This document shows positions 25,653-34,378 of a DNA stretch of 64,000 bases, piece by piece (the first letter of the stretch is position 1; every line of letters starts with the position of its first letter). The DNA comes from a virus, in IMG/VR virus record IMGVR_UViG_3300032132_000004, positions 9,034 to 73,033 of that record; one strand, given 5' to 3'. Both the position numbers and the translations under genes were made by a program. Under the pieces are notes generated by a model that searched no databases, had not been told where the DNA came from, and was given only the letters and a program-made list of their open reading frames with translations.

Positions 25653-26294
25653 TTAATTCTGGGAGGAGGGCATGAATCTCATGACCTCATTGTTAAGGAA
25701 CTCATTCTGAAAGGGAGCTTGTTCCTCGTTTATCTCTTTATCTGCTAGAGAGATAACTAGTGCTTGTTCTGAGGAGACAAATTTCTCCTCATTAACAGCT
25801 TCCAAATTAGCAACTTCTTCAATAAGCTGCTCTTTTTGATCTTCTAGTTCCTTAGTAGTTTCTTCTTGAATAGAAGCTTTGCTACTTAGAACTTTAATTG
25901 TGCTTTGTAGTTTTTCATTCTCTATAGCTAGTAAGCCTACTTGCTCAGAGATAGTATCGAACTCTTCTTGGAGTTCTCCATGAGAGGTAGCGATCTCAGA
26001 AACAGCAGAGTCTTCATCTGCACCAGTAAGCTCTAAGGTCATCAGAGTTCGGACTGATTCAAAAAGACGAGCGTTCCTAAAAACCTCGTTCTCTTCTGAT
26101 AGCTCTGTTAAAGCTTGTTCTTTTAGTTGGTCAACCTTGGTGCGTAAATAGGCATTAACCTTAGCCTCCAAAAGACCGATCTTCTCAGAGACTTGTTCAT
26201 TAATAGTAGAATCCACCAGTTCGAAAATAGTTTCGACAGTGGATTCATCAAGTCCTTCGGGAAGAATATTTGCAATATCCTTTAAATTATCCAT
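25653..26294 (-). CDS. gp22: Prohead core scaffold protein (T4 gp22-like)
   Basis: Acidic coiled coil between protease and capsid genes; TIFE...V, KVNAYL; AGGAG Shine-Dalgarno. Confidence 0.8.
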   Translation of the reverse strand: MDNLKDIANILPEGLDESTVETIFELVDSTINEQVSEKIGLLEAKVNAYLRTKVDQLKEQALTELSEENEVFRNARLFESVRTLMTLELTGADEDSAVSEIATSHGELQEEFDTISEQVGLLAIENEKLQSTIKVLSSKASIQEETTKELEDQKEQLIEEVANLEAVNEEKFVSSEQALVISLADKEINEEQAPFQNEFLNNEVMRFMPSSQN

Positions 26295-26318
26295 ACGTAT
26301 ACGTCTCCTAGGTTACAA

Positions 26319-26324
26319 TATCTA
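26319..26324 (-). promoter_or_regulatory. Putative late promoter (TATAGATA)
   Basis: One mismatch from the T4 late promoter TATAAATA; upstream of scaffold and capsid genes. Confidence 0.55.
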
Positions 26325-26380
26325 TAACCCTCAGAATAAATTTTTATTTTTATTTAAAAAATGTATGTTTAAACTAAGGC

Positions 26381-27763
26381 TTACTTTACATTAAGCATCT
26401 CAGCGATTATGTTACCAATTCTCTTGTAGGCAACAGCCTCGTGAGTCCCGTGTTCTTTCTTAAATCTATCTTTACTTTGGGTTGCGGCTCCTCTAGCTCC
26501 CCCTATGTATTTTTTCCTTTTAGCTTTATCGTCGTTTGGGTTATTTTTTCTTGCCTTAGTCAGTCTTGCTTTAAGCTGTTTGGCTAATTTATTCCTATCG
26601 GCCTGAAGCTCTACGGTTCTAGTTTCGCCTGGTTTTCTACCCGCTACTGTCCTTTTAGAGTCTTTAGGTTTAAGGGCATCAGCCTTCTTTTGGAGCATAG
26701 CCTTACTCTTATCGGAATAGTCTGCTGACCCTGGGCCTCCAGCGCCAAGTTTAGCTCTTAAACCTACATCGCCTCCAGCTTCGCCCCTTGCTCTGATTCG
26801 AGATGCCTGAACATCGCCCACAGCTTCTGCCCTTTTACCTGCTTTTATCCTCAAACGATCCCTAAAGCCAGGACCACTTTTGCCGCTACCACTAGGTTGC
26901 CTAGATATTAGTTCTTTAGCAAGGTCCCTATTTTCTTTATCCTTTTTTTGGGAATCTAACTCACTACTAATATCTTCTCTAAGAATAGAAGCAAGAGCAT
27001 GTGCTATTGGGATATAAGAATCTTGAACATAGCGCATCATTTGATTCGAGGGCCTCTTCTTCTTCTTCTTCTCAGGCTTCTTAGGCTTCTCAGGCTTCTC
27101 AGGCTTCTCAGGCTTCTCAGGCTTCTCAGGCTTCTCAGGCTTCTTAACCTCCTCAATCCAAGGCTGATATGCTTCACGAAGTTTAGACTGTAGCATGGTA
27201 ACTAGGTTACCCTCTTTCTTAAGCTTGCTCTGAGACTCTCTAACAAACTGGTTTTCTGTAGACTCACACATGCCTGGGAAAGCTCCTCTAGTTGATGGAT
27301 CTGCAACTAGGTCGAAGGTAACTAGCTTGTAGTCTTCGTTGACGATCTTGTTTCCTTCAGAATCTTCTGAAAGAGTTCCCATGCCTCTGCTTGAAATACC
27401 AATCTTAACTCCACCTTCTACAAGAGCTTTAGCTGTAAGACCAGCAGGAGTGTTCAGGAGTTCTGCTTCTCCAATATAATCGTTGCCTACTAGGTCTAAA
27501 GTTGTGATTAGGTGGGAAGCGTTAGAGAGCTTTACAGTGTCGTTCTGGGGGTGGTCGAGTTCTCCGCACAGTCTGCGCTCTGCAATCAAAGGCTGAACCT
27601 GCTTTAGCTGTCCTTCTAGAACATTACGTGGGTAGATTCTACCGTTGTTGTTCTTCTCATTACAACGACCAAAGACGCCCTTAATCTTAGTTGGGCCTTT
27701 ACCTTTACTTTCAGAAATAATCTGTAGGTTCTCAATTATAAAAACATCTTGGAGTAATTGCAT
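26381..27763 (-). CDS. gp21: Prohead protease (T4 gp21-like) with a long basic C-terminal extension
   Basis: NNNGRIYP, GELDHP, LNTPAG, GISSRGMG, FDLVADPS. Start reassigned to ATG 27763, immediately after the upstream stop. Confidence 0.93.
   Translation of the reverse strand: MQLLQDVFIIENLQIISESKGKGPTKIKGVFGRCNEKNNNGRIYPRNVLEGQLKQVQPLIAERRLCGELDHPQNDTVKLSNASHLITTLDLVGNDYIGEAELLNTPAGLTAKALVEGGVKIGISSRGMGTLSEDSEGNKIVNEDYKLVTFDLVADPSTRGAFPGMCESTENQFVRESQSKLKKEGNLVTMLQSKLREAYQPWIEEVKKPEKPEKPEKPEKPEKPEKPKKPEKKKKKRPSNQMMRYVQDSYIPIAHALASILREDISSELDSQKKDKENRDLAKELISRQPSGSGKSGPGFRDRLRIKAGKRAEAVGDVQASRIRARGEAGGDVGLRAKLGAGGPGSADYSDKSKAMLQKKADALKPKDSKRTVAGRKPGETRTVELQADRNKLAKQLKARLTKARKNNPNDDKAKRKKYIGGARGAATQSKDRFKKEHGTHEAVAYKRIGNIIAEMLNVK
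27071..27142. repeat. 9-bp tandem repeat, 8 copies, encoding (KPE)n in the protease extension
   Basis: CTCAGGCTT seven times plus one CTTAGGCTT variant. Confidence 0.95.
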
Positions 27764-27764
27764 A

Positions 27765-28172
27765 TTATTTATCCTTCTTATCTTCTCTTCCGTCCTTGCC
27801 ACCAATACCGCGTTCCTTCTTGATGGATCTACTACCGTACTTCTGAGCTAACTTGTCTGAGCCTTTGCCGTACCTTAGGAGAGTACGTGCAGCGTGCTTC
27901 TTAACGCTAGGAAACTTAGCGGAGGGGGTAGCACTTCCAGGCGTGAAGCCTTTAGCGATCTTTCCTCTACCACTCTTCTTGCCCCACTTACCTTTAGATA
28001 CAACGTATATCCTACCAGCAGCTTTAGTTGTAAACATACTACCATAAGCCCCATCAGAGAGAGCAGACTTAATACTATCGTAAGTCTTAACTCTTCCTTT
28101 GAATGCTTTCTTCTTTTCCTTAGGCTCTTCTTTGCCTTCGGAAAGTGTGGTTAGTAGGTCAGTAAATTTCAT
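27765..28172 (-). CDS. Highly basic small protein, probable internal head protein
   Basis: MKFTDLLTTLSE leader followed by a Lys/Gly-rich body; head-cluster position. Confidence 0.7.
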   Translation of the reverse strand: MKFTDLLTTLSEGKEEPKEKKKAFKGRVKTYDSIKSALSDGAYGSMFTTKAAGRIYVVSKGKWGKKSGRGKIAKGFTPGSATPSAKFPSVKKHAARTLLRYGKGSDKLAQKYGSRSIKKERGIGGKDGREDKKDK

Positions 28173-28660
28173 TTGCGTCTTGAAACAAGTCTAGCTCTAA
28201 TAGAATCTTTTCGCTTTTCTTTTTTGCTATTTTTAGGTTTCTTATAAGTAGCCTCTGGTGAGGGGTTAGATTGCTCAGGACCAGCTAGGTTACATCCAAT
28301 GTGCCCTGTGCCAGTAGTAGCTGCCGTCATCTCTTTAAGGAGATTCCGTACTTCCTCTAGCAAAGGTACAAGCTGTTGGGCTGTACTCTCTGTTAGAGTT
28401 TCTAAAGAAGGCTTCTCTTCCAGCTTATCATCCGTCCAGACTACTTCTGGCATAGCTTCATCTGCTGGCTCTTCCTGTGAGTGGAAGCTCTCCCCTAGAA
28501 GAGACTTCATAAAAGAATCAGGAACCCTAGTCTCGGAGATATCAATGCCAGCAGGAGCTAACCCAGATCCCTTTGAATTAGGGGGTAGAGCTTTCCCTTG
28601 CTTAACATCGGCAACACTCTCAAGAATTAGCTTCTCTGCGAAATCGCCTATGCTATCCAT
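28169..28660 (-). CDS. Hypothetical prohead core protein
   Basis: ILES, LGES, LTES and LKEM motifs; position matches the T4 gp67/gp68 region. Confidence 0.65.
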   Translation of the reverse strand: MDSIGDFAEKLILESVADVKQGKALPPNSKGSGLAPAGIDISETRVPDSFMKSLLGESFHSQEEPADEAMPEVVWTDDKLEEKPSLETLTESTAQQLVPLLEEVRNLLKEMTAATTGTGHIGCNLAGPEQSNPSPEATYKKPKNSKKEKRKDSIRARLVSRRK

Positions 28661-29037
28661 TACTCTTCTTCAGTTACATCTTGAAGAAGGATTTCTTTAA
28701 TAGTTGCGTCTATGACAGCATCAACATCCTCTTCGCTCTCATCAAGCTGAGAGAGACGATCTACAAGACCGACAACTACTTCAAGGTGCTCTAGAATACG
28801 ATCTTCTTCGATAGCCTCTGAAAGCTCAGAAGTGCAAAGAGGGCATACGTGTGCTTCCTCGATAGTATCTTCTTCAGCCTCTACGGCTGGAGCTTCTTCT
28901 TCTTTCTCAACTACCTCCGAGGTAGCCTCATCAACTCGCTCTACTGGAGTGATGCCTACTTTGCCCCATGCTGCTGATTCTAGTAGCTGGTTGCGAAGCT
29001 CGTCCGTTAATTTAATGTGATCCATTGTATTATCCAA
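28660..29037 (-). CDS. Acidic prohead core-like protein with a CxxC
   Basis: LLES, VDEA, LSEA and LDES motifs; HVCPLC. Confidence 0.65.
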   Translation of the reverse strand: MDNTMDHIKLTDELRNQLLESAAWGKVGITPVERVDEATSEVVEKEEEAPAVEAEEDTIEEAHVCPLCTSELSEAIEEDRILEHLEVVVGLVDRLSQLDESEEDVDAVIDATIKEILLQDVTEEE

Positions 29038-29065
29038 TTTTGGTTAAGATTTTCATCTCTACACA

Positions 29066-29071
29066 TATTTA
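29066..29071 (-). promoter_or_regulatory. Putative late promoter (CTAAATA)
   Basis: TAAATA core of T4-like late promoters, in the gap ahead of the head operon. Confidence 0.55.
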
Positions 29072-29113
29072 GCTTAGTTGCATATAATCTCTAGTTTTAT
29101 TTTGAAAAATGAC

Positions 29114-31861
29114 CTAGCGTGGAGTAGAACGCTTTGTTGGGGGTTCTGTGGTCGTTGGAGGCACAACCTGCTCTCCTGTGTTGAGGGACTTGATGGGTTG
29201 GAAGGTGTCAGTTGTTGCAGCAGCTTTAGCCTTTCTCTGCACTAGTAGAGACTTGAAGAAGTTGATCCTTTTGTCTGCACTTTTAATAGGAGGTACCACC
29301 TTTACATCGCTAAAAATACCATTTCTAATAGAGTCCCTTATGAGGGGGAAATTCTCTAAACCAAGTAGTCTATTGAACTGATGAAAGTATAACCTACTAA
29401 ACACATCATGCTCTGTAACTGATTTTCCAATACCGTTAAAACCTAGGAGGTAGTTATCATCCATCTCAGTGATAATCTCTTTCAACAACCGTAAGCCTGT
29501 CTTCTTTCTAGCTGGGGTAAAGGTGGAGGCTGAGACTAAATCATTACCTTCCCTATATCCTGTAGTGAATATCTTATCCCCAGGGGTGATTTGAGTAATC
29601 CTAGCTTGGGTATTAGGGTTCCCCCAAACGTCTGTTCCATCCCTTCCATTGGTTTGCAAACGTACAAATTTGTTTGTTTGTTCTTTATTTAGGTTTGGAA
29701 CTATACTAGTCCTACACCTTAGCTGTCTGATCACTGTGCCAGAAGTCTCCATAGACACGATCTGAGACTTACTATTGAAGACGTTTAGATCGCTTCTGTT
29801 AGTGGGATATACTATTATGTACCAAGGGATTTGCCTAGTTAGGAGAGGTATTGTTTTGTTTACCTTAGGGGAATCAAACAGAATGTCTGTCTGCTTCATA
29901 GTAAGAGAGGAGGTATCCTCTATATAATCCAGAATAATATCCTCATCATCCAAGAGGAATACCCTGTTATTTGCTTTGTATTTTATATAAGCGTTCACTT
30001 CTGCAAGACCAGCATCAGTAACGGTGTCTGCAAGCTCGTATCTTGCCGTAGTATCTTTAAGTAAGAAGGATCCAGTAGGGCTTGGTTTGGTTGTAATAGA
30101 GCTTAGTACACAACTAAGCATGTAGTACGGTTGTCTGGTAGCAGTTAAAGAGTAGTTGAACTCTATGTTCGATAGGATACTTGCGCTAACCTCCAGTGTT
30201 CTCCCTGAGTCCCCCCCTAGGAGGTTGATAGCTTTTTGCCTTGTCCTCTCTGGGATTAGGAATGCGTGATCCTTCTCAGACTTAACAAAAAGATCGTAAG
30301 TCTTATCCCCTCTCTTCACCTTGAAACAATCTCCGTCGTGAATAGAAAGGGAACTTCTCTCAATGAAAGTATCATCATCGTTAAGGTAGAACTGTCGTAT
30401 CTCTCCGTCAATCTTACAATCAATCCTCTTGTCTGTGTCAGAGGCTAGAGTCTTCCAGTTAGGAAGAATATTCTGCATGTTACCCTTAGCGTTGGAGACA
30501 TCTAAGCTGAACATATCCCGCTCAATTAAAGACACTGCTGCAATTTCGTTAACCTTATCATGCACACTTCGTTTAATAAGAACTGGTTCCCTACTCTTAC
30601 TGTCTTCTGCTAAGGTTCTAAGTAGGCGTAGAGGAATAGCATCTAAAGTTCCATCCAAAACTCTAGAACCAATCATAGAGAATATTTGATTCTTATTTAA
30701 AGGAGTACCGTCGTAGTTTCTTATCTCCTCTAGGAGAGTCCTTACTTCTGGCTTCAAGCTTCTGTACAAGGAATCAGGGGTTACCCCTGCTGTGTAGTTA
30801 CTATTCCAATTTCCTGTATTATCTTGGTTAGACAAAACATACTCTATATTACTGTCAATCTCCTTGTTAAATAGCTCAGTGTGTCTGGAAGTATTCCTAG
30901 CTATGGTAGGAGCAGGAGGAGTTAAATCAAAGGCAAGGTCTGCATCCTCTAGTCCCATAGGATTTTCTTCTAATAAAGTTCCTATGATAGTAGGATCGTT
31001 TAGATCAATTTCTCCTGTTTCCATTGCTGCATTAACTAAAGAATCTACATTCGTACCTACGTTCCCATTTCCTATAGGAGGAGTAGAAGGTTCAATTAAA
31101 CCTCCTCCTATACTAGGAGTTAAAGTATCTGCTAGAGTTCCTACATTACCTCCTAAATCATTGTCGCCTGGATCAAGTAAGCCTTCCCCTGGATTTGGGG
31201 CTAGGTTATCTTCAAACGTTCCTACGTTCCCACCGAAAACGTCTCCACCCCCAGGGGTTACGGTACCTCCTCCAGGGAAGGGGTTTTGAGGTCCAACGGG
31301 AATTCCTCCACCTCCTCCTCCTGGGGCTGGTCCTGGGATATCATCGTTTGGGCTTTCTGGGGGGGGCCTATTACAGTTATTTTCACAGTCTGCCTGGGTC
31401 CTATAAGCACCCCCTCCAGGGGGAACGGTTATATCTTGTGTAAAAGAAGTACACTTATAATCAGGGAAGCCTGAGCACTTCCAGTATGTTACTAGGGTTC
31501 CGCCGCCTCCGCCTCCTCCTCCCCCACCTGGGGCTGCTGGGGAAGGTGGGCCAGGGGAAGTTGGTCTAGGGGCCTGAGGACCTCCTCCTGGCTGTCCTGC
31601 GGGTCCTCCTCCTGTGCCTGGGACTACTGCGGGTGGTGGGGGATTGCCTGGAGGGGGCACAGGACCAGGAGTGCTAGGTCCAGGCTGCACTGGTCCTGTG
31701 GGTACTTCAGGGGGAGATGGCTCTAAAGGAGGTATACTAGGCCCAGGCCCAGGATCACCTCCTCCGCTATCAATAGTTCCCCCGCCATCAAATTCAGGAA
31801 AGTTGCCGGGACCAAATCCAGGGAGAAAAGTCCCGCAACCGAATGTGGGATTCTCGGCCAT
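29114..31861 (-). CDS. Large virion-region protein with Pro/Gly-rich N-terminal third
   Basis: 915-aa ORF abutting the baseplate operon; low-complexity PG region, small Cys module, GNVGT repeats. Confidence 0.8.
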   Translation of the reverse strand: MAENPTFGCGTFLPGFGPGNFPEFDGGGTIDSGGGDPGPGPSIPPLEPSPPEVPTGPVQPGPSTPGPVPPPGNPPPPAVVPGTGGGPAGQPGGGPQAPRPTSPGPPSPAAPGGGGGGGGGGTLVTYWKCSGFPDYKCTSFTQDITVPPGGGAYRTQADCENNCNRPPPESPNDDIPGPAPGGGGGGIPVGPQNPFPGGGTVTPGGGDVFGGNVGTFEDNLAPNPGEGLLDPGDNDLGGNVGTLADTLTPSIGGGLIEPSTPPIGNGNVGTNVDSLVNAAMETGEIDLNDPTIIGTLLEENPMGLEDADLAFDLTPPAPTIARNTSRHTELFNKEIDSNIEYVLSNQDNTGNWNSNYTAGVTPDSLYRSLKPEVRTLLEEIRNYDGTPLNKNQIFSMIGSRVLDGTLDAIPLRLLRTLAEDSKSREPVLIKRSVHDKVNEIAAVSLIERDMFSLDVSNAKGNMQNILPNWKTLASDTDKRIDCKIDGEIRQFYLNDDDTFIERSSLSIHDGDCFKVKRGDKTYDLFVKSEKDHAFLIPERTRQKAINLLGGDSGRTLEVSASILSNIEFNYSLTATRQPYYMLSCVLSSITTKPSPTGSFLLKDTTARYELADTVTDAGLAEVNAYIKYKANNRVFLLDDEDIILDYIEDTSSLTMKQTDILFDSPKVNKTIPLLTRQIPWYIIVYPTNRSDLNVFNSKSQIVSMETSGTVIRQLRCRTSIVPNLNKEQTNKFVRLQTNGRDGTDVWGNPNTQARITQITPGDKIFTTGYREGNDLVSASTFTPARKKTGLRLLKEIITEMDDNYLLGFNGIGKSVTEHDVFSRLYFHQFNRLLGLENFPLIRDSIRNGIFSDVKVVPPIKSADKRINFFKSLLVQRKAKAAATTDTFQPIKSLNTGEQVVPPTTTEPPTKRSTPR

Positions 31862-34378
31862 TTAATTCTTAAGCGTGATAGTTGGGTTAGTACCGTTTAG
31901 GTTACCGTAGAGGTAAGGAGCATCTGAAAGATAGATTCCTGTGAGGGACCACATAACGGTTGGGTATGTACATTTTGCCATACGAGGGTTACCAACATAC
32001 CCCCTACCGTTTCCTGCGGCAATAGGCTCTGTGTTAGAGTAGAGGATATCTCCTACAGGAACGACAAAGCCACTAAATCTTTCTCCATCCCTCTGCGATA
32101 CGGTTAGAGGGTTTGCAGCAGTAGATACTTTGCCAGGAACATTCGTTACTGAGTGAGGTGCTGGGAAAGGCACTGCATTCCCAAGAACATTATTATTATC
32201 ATTTGCTACAAACGCAACGTAGATAGTAAACTCATCAAATCCCTTCTCTACCCAGTGACCAGCATAGCTTCCTGTATCTAGTTCTGAGTGATGACCATGA
32301 GAACCTGCTAGAGTACCTCCTATACAGTTAACCAAACTAACATCTACTTTGTAGTCAGCTAGGTCTGGGTGTGTGGTCCTATCAAATTTAATCTTCTTAG
32401 ATACATAGTGGAAGTTTATCATTCCAAGAGGACTTCCTGTTAGGTACTTATCAATATTTACATTAGTAAAGTTCTGAAGCCTAGTAGGATCACCCCCACC
32501 CGTAGTAGTTCCGTCAGTATTAACTAATTGGTTATAGCTTCCTCCTACAATGCTAGGATCGCTTCCAACTGTTGTTTGAGCGGAGATAAAGGTATTGATG
32601 TAATCATTAGGATAAAGCCCTTTCGAATCAATATCCTGCTGAATACACCACTGAGCTAAATCCCAGTCTGGGTAGGTTGGAACATTGATGGAAGCTCCTG
32701 CGCTGCCAATACCATACTTAGATCGAATGTGCTGCTTGATATACGCATCGGCATTAGTATCAGTACTACCATCATCTGCAAAGGATGCTTGGTAGAAATC
32801 ATACATAGCTCCTTCTGGGCCGAAGTTCCAACCTCCGAAGACATAGCCCATAGCCAGTTGGTTAATACCATCTTGCGATGTAACACCATCAAGAACAGTA
32901 ATACGACCAGCAAGCTCATCGTAAGCTCTCTTGATCTCGTAATCCATCTGACCCTTGCCTACTGCTGGGTTAGCTAGGGATAGCTGTGGGAAGGCTGCAC
33001 CGATACCTGCTCTCTCGTTGTATGCCAATTCGGCAGTACGGAATAAAGGTCTGATATCAATAACATCTGTGCTTAGGACTACCTGGGAACCACTCTGTAC
33101 CCACACATAAGCTACTGGAAGAATAGACTGTCCGACAAGCTCGTATGCATCATCCTCTAGCTTCTCTGAGATTAGTGGAGCTAGGTTAAGAATATCATCA
33201 GGAGCAGGGAAACTTCCTTTTACCGTTTCTGCTATATCATTAGCAGAAGTGGAAAGAAAACCCATGGATGTGTTCATCTGATCTCCTGGGTGAGCAGCAA
33301 TGCCATGGTCATCATTGAGGTTTTTTATGTAGTCTTTGGTAAAGTCTGAGGTTTCTTGGAAGTTTGTCTTGATTCCTGCTCCTCTTACAATACCCAAAGC
33401 GGGCTTGGTGATTACCTCTTTGCCTGTTGGCTTAAGAATAGTAGTAGCACTAGCATCAATAGGCTTACTGTAAATGAATACTAAATCAATACGACTCTCT
33501 ACGCCAGTAACAGGAGTAGTAGTGCCAGCGGAATTAGTGTAAGCAAAATCGTCAGCATCAAACTGAGGAACTTCAATAGTAATTTCATCATCTACATCTA
33601 CAATTGCTAATCTGGAAACACCACGCCAACGCTTAATAAAGTAATTCTCTGTTCTTGGGAACTTAGCCCAACCATTGTTAGTGTTTGTAGTTTCAAAGCT
33701 AGGAAGGATATAGGAGTCTACTGCTGAGTCTTGAGACTTAGCCCAAAGAAGGGCTTGGGAAATTACCATAGGGGAGTACGGTACTCCTACCCCAGGGTAG
33801 TTTATGTTAATAAGGTCGTTCCCTGCATAGCTGAGTACCCCCTCTTCTAACTTAACTCCAGTAAAATTGATAGGAGTGTCTGAGTTTAGGACAGGCCAAG
33901 TGAAAGCTCGTTCCGCTAAGCCGTTCATACCCATAGCGGATTCAGCCGCATGAGTTTGAAAAGTATCTAAAGCAGCCTGTAGGATAGCGTTCTTTCCATC
34001 CTCAAAGTTTCCTGGGTTGGGAAGGGCTGTAGACCAAGCATCTACATCTCCTACTGCTTCTCCCATAACTTTACGAAGGTATGCTAGGGGAGCTTTAGTA
34101 GCCGCATCGTTTATCCTAGCAGTGAAGCGTCCTGGCTTTACACGGAGTACTCTATCTCCTCCAGAAGCAAAGGGGCGTAATTCGTCAAGGTCACTTCTTT
34201 TAACACCTAGAAGAGTATTAGTATCCTTACGAACTTGGTCACGAAGCCACAAGCAGTTCTCTTGTAGCTGCTTAAGAGGAATGTTATCTACCTCAAAGTA
34301 GTAAGGGTCGTTAGCCTTAAAGAACCTTGGAGGATCAGTAAACCTGTAATTGCTATCTTGATAAGTCCGTTCAGCCAT
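31862..34378 (-). CDS. Putative baseplate or tail fibre-associated structural protein
   Basis: 838 aa, translationally coupled in the baseplate operon; N-terminal FKANDPYYFEVDNIPL and RIDLVFI. Confidence 0.7.
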   Translation of the reverse strand: MAERTYQDSNYRFTDPPRFFKANDPYYFEVDNIPLKQLQENCLWLRDQVRKDTNTLLGVKRSDLDELRPFASGGDRVLRVKPGRFTARINDAATKAPLAYLRKVMGEAVGDVDAWSTALPNPGNFEDGKNAILQAALDTFQTHAAESAMGMNGLAERAFTWPVLNSDTPINFTGVKLEEGVLSYAGNDLININYPGVGVPYSPMVISQALLWAKSQDSAVDSYILPSFETTNTNNGWAKFPRTENYFIKRWRGVSRLAIVDVDDEITIEVPQFDADDFAYTNSAGTTTPVTGVESRIDLVFIYSKPIDASATTILKPTGKEVITKPALGIVRGAGIKTNFQETSDFTKDYIKNLNDDHGIAAHPGDQMNTSMGFLSTSANDIAETVKGSFPAPDDILNLAPLISEKLEDDAYELVGQSILPVAYVWVQSGSQVVLSTDVIDIRPLFRTAELAYNERAGIGAAFPQLSLANPAVGKGQMDYEIKRAYDELAGRITVLDGVTSQDGINQLAMGYVFGGWNFGPEGAMYDFYQASFADDGSTDTNADAYIKQHIRSKYGIGSAGASINVPTYPDWDLAQWCIQQDIDSKGLYPNDYINTFISAQTTVGSDPSIVGGSYNQLVNTDGTTTGGGDPTRLQNFTNVNIDKYLTGSPLGMINFHYVSKKIKFDRTTHPDLADYKVDVSLVNCIGGTLAGSHGHHSELDTGSYAGHWVEKGFDEFTIYVAFVANDNNNVLGNAVPFPAPHSVTNVPGKVSTAANPLTVSQRDGERFSGFVVPVGDILYSNTEPIAAGNGRGYVGNPRMAKCTYPTVMWSLTGIYLSDAPYLYGNLNGTNPTITLKN

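Noticed and set aside
27071-27142. Tandem repeat as a CRISPR array
   Set aside because: 9-bp units with no spacers, in frame within a coding sequence.
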